Notes under the pieces: generated by a model
Database searches by the model: none
Told to the model about the DNA's origin: nothing
What the model saw: the letters and a program-made list of their open reading frames with translations, nothing else
Source: Azolla caroliniana
Lineage: Eukaryota > Plantae > Polypodiophyta
Assembly (NCBI GenBank): GCA_043228905.1
Contig: JBHGNT010000006.1
Span: forward strand, 17,422,001-17,486,000
Length of the DNA: 64,000 bases
Direction of reading: 5' to 3'
Shown here: piece after piece, positions 10,726 to 19,637 of the stretch
Layout of the letters: each line of letters begins with the position of its first letter
Numbering within the stretch: position 1 is the stretch's first letter
Program-made: the position numbers and the translations under genes

Positions 10726-13700
10726 CTATCCCCCCTTTAAAACGACGAGTTTCACGAGTCGTTTTGGATTGAGGACCCGGTTTCTCGGGATATCGTCGAT
10801 GGAAGTCTTCTAGAAGAGCACGAGCATTGGTCACATTCTCGATCGGTTCCCAAGTACGCTCGCTGGGACTATATCCTAGCCAATCGACTAGATAGTAGAG
10901 CTTGTTGCGAACAATCTTGGAATCGAGGATGGCAACGACCTCATACTCAGGTCCATCTTCGAGCTCGATAGGAGGTGGAGGTTGTATAGTACGTCCTGGG
11001 ATAGTGCTCTCGTGATAGGGTTCGAGGAGAGAACTATGAAACACCGGGTGTATCCGAAGTTGCGGAGGTAGCTCGAGACGAAAAGCGACATCATTAATCT
11101 TCCCGATAATACGGAAAGGACCTAATCGTCGATAATCCAACTTCTCACATGGGCGAGTAGTCTTGATGTGTCGTCGTAGCAGCCACACCCGATCTCCAAT
11201 GTTAAAACTGGATGGAAGTCGATGACGATCTGCGTAGTCCTTGTGTGATTGTTGAGCTTGCTGGAGTTGAGTAGATAAATCCGCTTGTATCTTGCGTAAC
11301 CGCTCCAAACGATCCTCCGCGCAAGGATTTGTGGACACTTCTGGGGTTTCAAGGACACACCACCGGGGATGATATCCCGTATAAGCGTAGAATGGCGTGA
11401 CTTTAGTCGATGCGTGGATAGCGTTATTATAGGCAAATTCGGCGAACGGAAGAATATCTGCCCAGTCATTCTGATGATAGTTGAGAAAGCACCGCAGATA
11501 CTGCTCCAGTGTTTGATTTGTTCGTTCGGCTTGACCGTCGGTTTGTGGGTGGTAGCCGGAGGAGAGGTTACAAGTGACCTTCAGCATTTTAAAAAGGTGC
11601 TTCCAGAATTTTGACACAAACTGGGGTCCACGATCGCTGATGATATTATCAGGGAGTCCATGATGCCGACATACTTCCCGCATGACAATTTCGGCGGTGT
11701 CTTCACTAGATATTTCTTTAGTACATGGTAAGAAATGAGCCATCTTCGTATATCGATCCACCACTGTGAGAATCGCACTGAATCCCTTAGAGACTGGAAG
11801 ATCTGTAATGAAGTCAAGAGCAATGGATTGCCATGGCTTGCTTGGAATTGGTAATGGTTCTAATAAACCATATGGATGATGTCTTGGCATTTTCGCTCTG
11901 CAGCATGTATCGCAAGTCCGAACAAAATCTTCGACAAATTGTCGCATACGGGGCCACCAGAATGATCGTTGTACTAAATCTAATGTTTTAGTACTACCAA
12001 AATGTCCTGCTGTATATGTGTCATGGCAGTTTTGTACTACTCGAAGGCGGCAAGAACCATTAGGAACATACAAAAGTTCTTTAAAGAAGAGTAATCCATC
12101 ACAGTATTTGAATTGCCGATAATCCGTACCTGGTGATTGTGATTGTGAACATGACGCTCGAGAGGGGTCAATTTGTGCTAGTATAGCTTGGGCGAAAGCG
12201 TCAGTCTTCAAGTCCTCACGTATAGTATTGGTAATGTCGGAATCCACGGGCATGTCAAAGATCTGTGCTGCTTGCAGTCGTGCTGGACCCAAGATTACTT
12301 GCTTCTGGTTATCGAAAGCTGGCTCACCGGGACGTGGTGTTAGATACGAACGCCGTGATAATGCATCTGCCTTCCCTTGGTGCTTCCCCGGACGATATGT
12401 AATTTTGAAGTCGAAGCGTGTGAGGAAATGGGCCCACCGAGCTTGACGTCGATTCAGTACACGAGCATCTTGAAAGTAGGCAAGGTTCTTGTGGTCACTG
12501 AATACAGTGACCTGATGAGGAGATCCCTCCAGGAAATGCCTCCATTGCATAAAAGAATCAACTATTGCTAATAGCTCTTTATCATGAATTTCGTAGTTGA
12601 TTTCGGCGGCGTCAAACTTACGGGAGTGGAAAGCCACAGGATGTAGCTTCTCGTCGTTACCCTGTTGTGACAGAATGCTCCCCAATGCGAAATCCGATGC
12701 ATCAGCTTCGATAATGAATGGTTTTTCCGGATCCACATGACCTAAAATTGGAGCTGATGTAAACGCCTTCTTAAGACTCTCGAAAGCCATGTCCGTCTCT
12801 TTAGACCAAATGAATGATTGTCCCTTCCTGGTGAGCTGTGTGAGAGGCAGCACAATTTTTGAGTAATTTTGTATGAACTTCCGGTAGAAATTTGCAAAGC
12901 CTAGGAAGCATTGCACATCCCGCACCGAACGCGGAGTGTGCCATTCTATCACCGTTTTGACCTTGGCTGGGTCCATAGATATGCCTTCTGAGGAGATGAC
13001 ATAGCCGAGAAACTCCACTTGGTTGCACCCGAAACTACATTTCTCTAACTTTGCATACAGACCATGTTCTCGAAGTCGTTTTAGTACTAATAGTACATGA
13101 GAATCATGTTCTTCTTGGGTCTTTGAATAAACCAGTAGATCATCCAAATAGATGATCAAAAAATCATCCAAGAGGTCTCGAAATATATCATTCGCCATGT
13201 GCTGGAAGACTGCCGGCGCATTAGTGAGTCCGAACGGCATGACCGTATACTCGAAGTGCCCATATCTGGTGCGAAACGCGGTCTTCCATTCATCTCCTGG
13301 TCGGATCCGTACGAGGTTATAGGCTCCTCGTAAGTCGATCTTCGTGAAGAACCTGGCACCGTTGATCCGTTCTAAAAGACTTGAGATAAGGGGAAGAGCA
13401 TACCTATTTCTTACTGTGACCTTATTCAAGCCACGGTAATCTACAACGAGTCGAAGCGAGCCATCTTTTTTCTTGACGAAGAAAATGGGTGCGCCGGCTG
13501 GAGATTTCGAATGCCGAATGAAACCGTTCTCCAAATTCTCCTCTATATAGGCTCGAAGGACTTCTAGCTCGGTTGGTGACAAATTGTAGATCGGCCCCCA
13601 TGGCGGCTCTTTTCCCGGTTGTAAGTCGATGGCGCAGTCGTACGGCCGATGATGAGGAAGTGTGTTGGCTTGTACTTTATCGAACACATCAGCATACTGA

Positions 13701-14314
13701 CGATACTTCTCGGGAAGTTGAACGGTGGACTCCTCTTTGGTGGTGCTGGAGGGTTGTACTGATATTGCAAAGAGAAACATTTCCTCCTTGCGCCCTTCCT
13801 CACGCAACTGACGTAGCGAAATGGTTGCAACCTTCTGGGTAGATCCTTGGGTTTGTCGCAACCGGATTTCCCTTGTCCTCCAATCTATGTCTGGGTCATG
13901 TAACTCGAACCATGGCAATCCTAAAACTATGGGATGTTCTGGAATACTAATAATATTAAATGATACTACACATGTTAAGTTATCTAGGACAATATTAACG
14001 GGTTCCGACTCTTCTATGATATTACCAGAAGCAATGGGACGACCATCAATGACTACTACTGAGGCTGGACATGGGAGCTTTCTGAGAGATATCTGATGAG
14101 CTCGGGCAAAATTCCTATCCATGAAGCAAGAATTAGCTCCGGAATCTAGAAGGGCTAAGGTATGTACTGGAGGGGTACTTTTAGTACTAACTGCTACTTG
14201 GACTACGAACACATCACTAACTTGCTTAGAGGGAATGGAACCACTAATGGGCTGCACAGATCTAGGGCTGTCCAACCAAACGGCTCCTATTTTGGCTGGA
14301 CTTAGTCGTTTAAC
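10718..14314 (-). CDS. pol: Chromovirus Pol (PR-RT-RNaseH-INT-chromodomain), reached by -1 frameshift
   Basis: ALLDSGA; YLDD; DASD..E..DH; HHCC (H-x6-H...CxxC); D,D35E; GPF; chromodomain YEVVAILDSK...YLVDWLGY...TWEP. The frame is open from the slippery site. Confidence 0.95.
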   Translation of the reverse strand, partial: VKRLSPAKIGAVWLDSPRSVQPISGSIPSKQVSDVFVVQVAVSTKSTPPVHTLALLDSGANSCFMDRNFARAHQISLRKLPCPASVVVIDGRPIASGNIIEESEPVNIVLDNLTCVVSFNIISIPEHPIVLGLPWFELHDPDIDWRTREIRLRQTQGSTQKVATISLRQLREEGRKEEMFLFAISVQPSSTTKEESTVQLPEKYRQYADVFDKVQANTLPHHRPYDCAIDLQPGKEPPWGPIYNLSPTELEVLRAYIEENLENGFIRHSKSPAGAPIFFVKKKDGSLRLVVDYRGLNKVTVRNRYALPLISSLLERINGARFFTKIDLRGAYNLVRIRPGDEWKTAFRTRYGHFEYTVMPFGLTNAPAVFQHMANDIFRDLLDDFLIIYLDDLLVYSKTQEEHDSHVLLVLKRLREHGLYAKLEKCSFGCNQVEFLGYVISSEGISMDPAKVKTVIEWHTPRSVRDVQCFLGFANFYRKFIQNYSKIVLPLTQLTRKGQSFIWSKETDMAFESLKKAFTSAPILGHVDPEKPFIIEADASDFALGSILSQQGNDEKLHPVAFHSRKFDAAEINYEIHDKELLAIVDSFMQWRHFLEGSPHQVTVFSDHKNLAYFQDARVLNRRQARWAHFLTRFDFKITYRPGKHQGKADALSRRSYLTPRPGEPAFDNQKQVILGPARLQAAQIFDMPVDSDITNTIREDLKTDAFAQAILAQIDPSRASCSQSQSPGTDYRQFKYCDGLLFFKELLYVPNGSCRLRVVQNCHDTYTAGHFGSTKTLDLVQRSFWWPRMRQFVEDFVRTCDTCCRAKMPRHHPYGLLEPLPIPSKPWQSIALDFITDLPVSKGFSAILTVVDRYTKMAHFLPCTKEISSEDTAEIVMREVCRHHGLPDNIISDRGPQFVSKFWKHLFKMLKVTCNLSSGYHPQTDGQAERTNQTLEQYLRCFLNYHQNDWADILPFAEFAYNNAIHASTKVTPFYAYTGYHPRWCVLETPEVSTNPCAEDRLERLRKIQADLSTQLQQAQQSHKDYADRHRLPSSFNIGDRVWLLRRHIKTTRPCEKLDYRRLGPFRIIGKINDVAFRLELPPQLRIHPVFHSSLLEPYHESTIPGRTIQPPPPIELEDGPEYEVVAILDSKIVRNKLYYLVDWLGYSPSERTWEPIENVTNARALLEDFHRRYPEKPGPQSKTTRETRRFKGGIVS
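14236..14314 (-). promoter_or_regulatory. -1 programmed ribosomal frameshift signal (G_UUA_AAC plus H-type pseudoknot)
   Basis: Slip site 14314-14308, 6-nt spacer, stem 1 GUCCAGCCAAA/UUUGGUUGGAC, stem 2 GGAGCC/GGUUCC. Pol is in the -1 frame relative to gag. Confidence 0.8.
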
Positions 14315-15471
14315 TCTTCTTCTAATTGGCTAAGGACATCAAATTTGTTTGCGAGATTCGGACTATTAGTACTATTAGGACTATTATGACTATGAGGATT
14401 ATCAGAGATTCCTACTGACATAGACTCGGGTTTAGTATAGTCAGAACTAACAATGACTTGGTTTACCTGCCTTCTTGGTCTATGGGGACAGTTTATCGCG
14501 ATATGCCCTGGTCCACCGCAATAAAGGCATAATCGGTTTGTTCGGCGTCGTTGCTTTTCCTCCTCCGATAGCGGCCCACGACGACGTGTAGTGTCAATTT
14601 CCATTGGAGTTGGAGTACTTACTGGAGGCGCATTATGTGACTCCCTTTGAAAAGGTTTCGCTACCATTGAGGCATAGGTAGGCTCGGATCTTGCCCTCGG
14701 CATCTGAAATTGTCGTTCCGAACGTCGCTCGAAGAGGCGGTTGTCACATCTGACCGCTCGACTGATTGCTTCTGTTAATGATTTTGGCTCTTCAGGGAAA
14801 GTCAAGAGTAAATCCTTGACATCGTTGCGTAGACCATAGCGGAACTGCTCCATCAATGCTTGATCATCCCAGGGGATATCGGCGGCGAGTAGGCGGAAAT
14901 CTGCAGCATATGCGGAGGCTGGACGGTCACCTTTGCGTAATCGCCGGATTTTGTTGATTGCAGTCCTTATGCTGTCAGTATCTCCAAAACATGCTTTAAA
15001 CTCACTTATGAATTCTTCAAAATTATTTAGTACTGGAGATTCCTTTTCTAGTAGCGGAGCGAACCATGCTAATGCTGAGCCATTTAACAACGTGCCTACT
15101 AAACCCACTCGTGATGCATCAGTGGGATATCGGGACGGATGCATTTGAATAACTAACCGTACCTGGTTAAGAAACCCTCTAAACTGCGATCGCGTTCCAT
15201 CGAACTTCGTGGGAAGGCCAATCTTGGGTTCTTTATGAATCCCTTGTGCTCCGTGCCCTTGTTGTTGCATTGCTACGATGGTTGCTTCGAGTTGTTGCAC
15301 GCGTAACGCAAGTTCCCCATGCTGTTGTTGCGTTTGCTGCTTTTCTAAGGAAATTTGCTGAAGATCCCCCAACAAGCGTTGATTTTCTTGTTCCAAAGCA
15401 TGAAACTTCTCTTTCAAGCATTGAAATTCCGAGAAAACGGATTGATACTCTTCAGCGCTAACGGTGGCCAT
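14302..15471 (-). CDS. gag: Chromovirus Gag (PEG10/sushi-like capsid, CCHC knuckle), 389 aa
   Basis: N-terminal coiled coil, KEPKIGLPTKFDG, QFRYGL, PMEID, CLYCGGPGHIAINC. Confidence 0.95.
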   Translation of the reverse strand: MATVSAEEYQSVFSEFQCLKEKFHALEQENQRLLGDLQQISLEKQQTQQQHGELALRVQQLEATIVAMQQQGHGAQGIHKEPKIGLPTKFDGTRSQFRGFLNQVRLVIQMHPSRYPTDASRVGLVGTLLNGSALAWFAPLLEKESPVLNNFEEFISEFKACFGDTDSIRTAINKIRRLRKGDRPASAYAADFRLLAADIPWDDQALMEQFRYGLRNDVKDLLLTFPEEPKSLTEAISRAVRCDNRLFERRSERQFQMPRARSEPTYASMVAKPFQRESHNAPPVSTPTPMEIDTTRRRGPLSEEEKQRRRTNRLCLYCGGPGHIAINCPHRPRRQVNQVIVSSDYTKPESMSVGISDNPHSHNSPNSTNSPNLANKFDVLSQLEEELND

Positions 15472-15545
15472 GGGATGAAGGAAAAGGGAAATAAGAGACT
15501 AGTAGGAAAGGAGAGAGACAGAAGGAAGAGGGAGACTAGTAGGGG

Positions 15546-15557
15546 AAATCGGTTCAA
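15546..15557 (-). promoter_or_regulatory. Self-priming-type primer-binding site
   Basis: Sense TTGAACCGATTT, 2 nt after the 5' LTR, is complementary to AAATCGGTTCAA at 15821-15810 near the predicted TSS. No TGG motif. Confidence 0.75.
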
Positions 15558-15559
15558 AC

Positions 15560-15692
15560 TGTCAGGAACTCTATTAAGGCAGAGAAGGAATTAGTACTAA
15601 AAGAAGGATTAGTACTATTGTTGGGGAATAGTACTAAGACAGAGAAGGATTAGTACTATGAGAGGTGTCGAACTTTGAGAGAAGGAATGAGT

Positions 15693-15740
<48 letters not shown>

Positions 15741-16030
15741 TGATGCGAAAGATATATGTATTATATGACGGAAGATATACAACAGTAGTTAGAAGGCTTA
15801 AGACTGGCGTTGAACCGATTTGGTTCGAACTAATGCCTTGCGCCTCCTTTTATAGTGTCTTCAGGAATACTCCTGAAGTTTCTAGAATGTTCCAGAGAAA
15901 TCTGGAATATACATCAATTTCCTAATAAAACCTAAATGAAAATAATATCCTTCAAATTACAACTCATAACCTAATGGTAAAGTCTCGACCCGTGTAACAA
16001 AAGGTTATGGGTTCGAGTCTAGTTATGACA
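15560..16030 (-). repeat. 5' LTR of chromovirus copy 1
   Basis: Matches 10255-10725 except C/T at 16014/10709. Confidence 0.97.
15848..15908 (-). promoter_or_regulatory. TATA box with adjacent heat-shock-element array
   Basis: Minus-strand TATAAAA at 15854-15848. In-register pentamers cTTCa gGAAt aCTCc tGAAg tTTCt aGAAt gTTCc aGAGa aATCt gGAAt. Confidence 0.7.
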
Positions 16031-19000
16031 CAAGCTCACCGGCTCCAACTATTCGGTGTGGAAGTCAAAGATGAGGGACATGCTCGTGGTTAAAGATCTT
16101 TGGTTGCCGGTTCAGTTCGGGGACAAGAGACCGAACAAAATCGACACCACGATTTGGGAGGTGATGCACATGAAGACAACGGTGTACATACAACAACTTC
16201 AATGAAGAGAGCAAGGCTCATGAGGTCTGGGAGAAGATCGACATTATGTTTCAAAACAAAAATGTTGTTAATCAGGTTTAGGTATTTCGGAAGCTAATAA
16301 GACTCCGGTACCAAGATGGCTCCAGCATGGCGGAGCACATGAATGCCTTCTAGGGGTTGATCCACCAGGCAACATCATTGGAAGTACCTCTCGCCAACAA
16401 GGTACTAGCACTACTTCTTCTCAATTCCCTCTCGGATAGTTGGGAGACGTTGGTTGTCACTTTGGGCAACGCCGGGCTGGAAGGGAAACGGTTATCTCTA
16501 GCAAGAGTGAAGTCGAGCTTTCTAGATGAGGAGGCGCGTCGGAAAGATAAGGATACGAGCTCCGACTCCAAAGCGCTCCTTACCGAATCGGAATGCGGAA
16601 GACAAAGGAACCGTAGTCCCCAGAACTGGGAGAAGTCGGGGACACGGTCAAAGTCAAGGGGGAGGCCTACCTGCTTCTATTGCGGCAAGCCGGGACACTT
16701 CCAGAAAAACTGTCGGCACTTCCGAAAGGAGAAGGAAACCGACGATACCGATTCGACGCGGACACCGGACCAAAACGGTAAAGACCGGAGGGGGCCGGAC
16801 CGGAAGGGAACGGCGACAATCGCGGCAAGTGAAGAAGAGTTGATGCTCATCACTGAGGAGAGTGAGCTAAACCTTGCCGGCGACGAGATGACCTGGGTGG
16901 TCGACTCCGGAGCGTCGTTCCACCTTACCCCAGACCGGAAATACTTCTCATCCTTCTCAGCCGATGATCACGGCTGTGTCCGGATGGGGAATGAAGGTAC
17001 ATGCCAAATTGTCGGCATAGGAGACGTGTGGTTGACAACGCCAACCGGATGCAAGCTACTGCTGAAGGATGTTCGTTTGAACCTGATATCAACCGGTCGG
17101 CTAGATGATGAAGGCTACACGGGTAGCATCCGGAACGGTGTTATGAAGTTCAGCAAAGGGAGCCTGATTGTGGCTCGGGCCCGAAAGGTCAACACGTTGT
17201 ACCTGATAAATGCCCGGTTATGCCCGAGAGAAGTGAACGTGGCATCCGACGCTGCCGGTGAGCTATGACACAAGAGGCTGTGTCAGATGAGCGAGAAGGG
17301 GATGAAGAGGCTTGCAGACGACAACCTCATTCCAGTGAAGAACGTGCACTTGGAGAAGTGCACTGATTGTCTGGCTGGTAAACAAAACCGGACCTCCTTT
17401 TGATCGAGGCCACCGATGAGACATAATGCACCACTGGAGTTGGTGCATACTGATGTATGTCAAGTGGAAACGAAGTCACATGCCGGATCGCAGTACTTCG
17501 TGACGTTCATAGATGACCACAACCGGAAGCTGTGGGCCACACCGTTGAAGACGAAGGATCAGGTATTATCCTTCTTCAAAGAGCTCCATGCGAGAGTGGA
17601 AAGAGAAATCGGCCAGAAGCTGAAGGCGGTTCGAGCAAATAATGGAGGTGAATACCGGGGGCAGTTCGAGGAGTATTGTCGCTCGAAGGGAATCCAACTC
17701 AAATTTACCGTGCCGAAGACGCCGAAACTAAACGGGCTGGCCAAGAGGATGAACCGAACCATAATGGATAGGGTCCGGAGTATTCTAGCGCATGCAAAAT
17801 TGCCCAAGAAATTTTGGGTTGAGGCACATTGTCGATGGCAACATATGTGATAAACAGATCACCCTCAGTGCCCTTGGACGGAGACATGCCACAGAGAGTC
17901 TGGACCGGTAAGGAAGTGTCCTACCGGCATCTGAAGGTATTCGGGTGTCTTGCGTATGTGCATGTAGCTAAGGACCGGAGAGGAAAACTAGATTCGAAGA
18001 CCCGGCCATGCATATTCCTCAGTTATGGCGATGATGAGTTCGGTTACCGAGTGTGGGACCTGGTCAACAAGAAGGTATTCCGAAGTCGAGATATTATCTT
18101 CATGGAGGACAAGACGCTCCCTAACTCGGAGTCGGGGAAGAAGATAATGAACTCTAAGTCGACCGGTAAGGATTGATTCTACGATGAGCAAACCCAACCG
18201 GTAAGAGACCGGTTAGCACTCGAGGAACCAGCCGGTTACGGTGAGGATACCGAACCGGCAGAAGAAGAAGTAGAGGAAGCTGAAACCGGAACCAGCCAAG
18301 GCCCCGAATCGGATTCGGATGAAGAGCAAATGGAGGAGCCGGATACCGAAGCCCAAAGATGGAGATATCCTCTCAGAGAGAGAAGGGCCCCCGGGAGAAT
18401 TCAGGATGTAGAGCATGTGCTGCTAACCGGTGAGGGGGAGCCAGAAAGATTCGAGGAAGCGAAGGATGACACCCACAGCCGCAAATGGTTAAGTGCCATG
18501 CAAGATGAGATGGATTCCCTCCATGAGAACCATACGTACGAATTGGTGGAGTTACCGAAAGGAAAGCGGGCACTCCGAAACAAGTGGGTGTACAAGTTGA
18601 AACCGGGAGATGCCGGCAACCCCCCGAGATACAAAGCCAGGATCGTGGTGAAGGGGTTCCAGCAGAAGAAGGGCGTGGACTTCGACGAGATATTTTCCCC
18701 GGTAGTAAAGATGACCTCCATCCGGACGGTGCTGAGCATAGCGGCAAGCATGGACCTCGAGGTAGAACAGATGGACGTGAAGACGGCATTCCTTCACGGT
18801 GACCTCGAAGAAGAGATCTACATGCAGCAACCGGAAGGATTCATGGAGAAAGGGAAGGAGCGCCTACTTTGCCGGTTGAAGAAGAGCCTGTACGGACTGA
18901 AGCAGGCTCCCCAACAATGGTACCGGAAGTTCGACTCCTTCATGACCGATCAAGGGTACCACAAGACGTAGGCCGATCACTACGTGGTTGTGAAGAAGTT

Positions 19001-19637
19001 CGAAGGAGGTGACTTCCTGATACTCCTTCTGTACGTGGACGACATGTTGATCGTCGGACGAAACCAAGCTAGAATACGGATGCTGAAGAAGGCTCTCAAC
19101 CGAATTTTCGCGATGAAAGACTTGGGTCCGGCAAGACAAATGTTGGGGATGCATATCATCCGGAACCGGCCAACGAAGCAACTATGGCTGTTACAAGAGA
19201 AATACATGACAAAGGTGCTTCAACGGTTCAACATGTTAGAAGCGAAACCGGTCGGATGGACACTCCCAGAAAACTATAGATTATCAGGTAAGCAAAGCTT
19301 GAAGAAGAGAGCAGAGAATGCTGATATGATGAGGGTTCCATATGCCTCTGTCATCGGGAGCTTAATGAACGCAATGGTGTGTACCCGACCGGATATAGGA
19401 TACGTAGACGGAGTGGTGAGCCGGTTTATGAGCAATCCCGGCAAGGAGCACTGGAATGCGGTCAAATGGATACTCCGGTACCTGAAGGGCACTTCAAATA
19501 TGTGTCTCCGATTCGGCTCCGGAAAACCTCAACTGGACGGTTTTACCGATTCAGACATGTCGGCTGATGTGGATACCAGCCGGTCTACATCTGCGTATGT
19601 AATGACATACGCAGGGGGAGCTGTTTCGTGGCAGTCG

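Larger units (their letters stand above)
10255..16030 (-). mobile_element. Intact Ty3/gypsy chromovirus (Tcn1/sushi/Tf1-like), copy 1
   Basis: 471-bp LTRs at 10255-10725 and 15560-16030 with one visible mismatch. Perfect TSD CAAGC. PPT AAAGGGGGGATAG. Uninterrupted gag and pol. Confidence 0.97.

Noticed and set aside
14302-15471. Domesticated PEG10/RTL-like host gene
   Set aside because: It is flanked by near-identical LTRs, a PPT and a TSD, so it is a mobile element.
15960-16030. Functional tRNA gene
   Set aside because: Acceptor and anticodon stems do not form. Only the boxes and spacing are tRNA-like.
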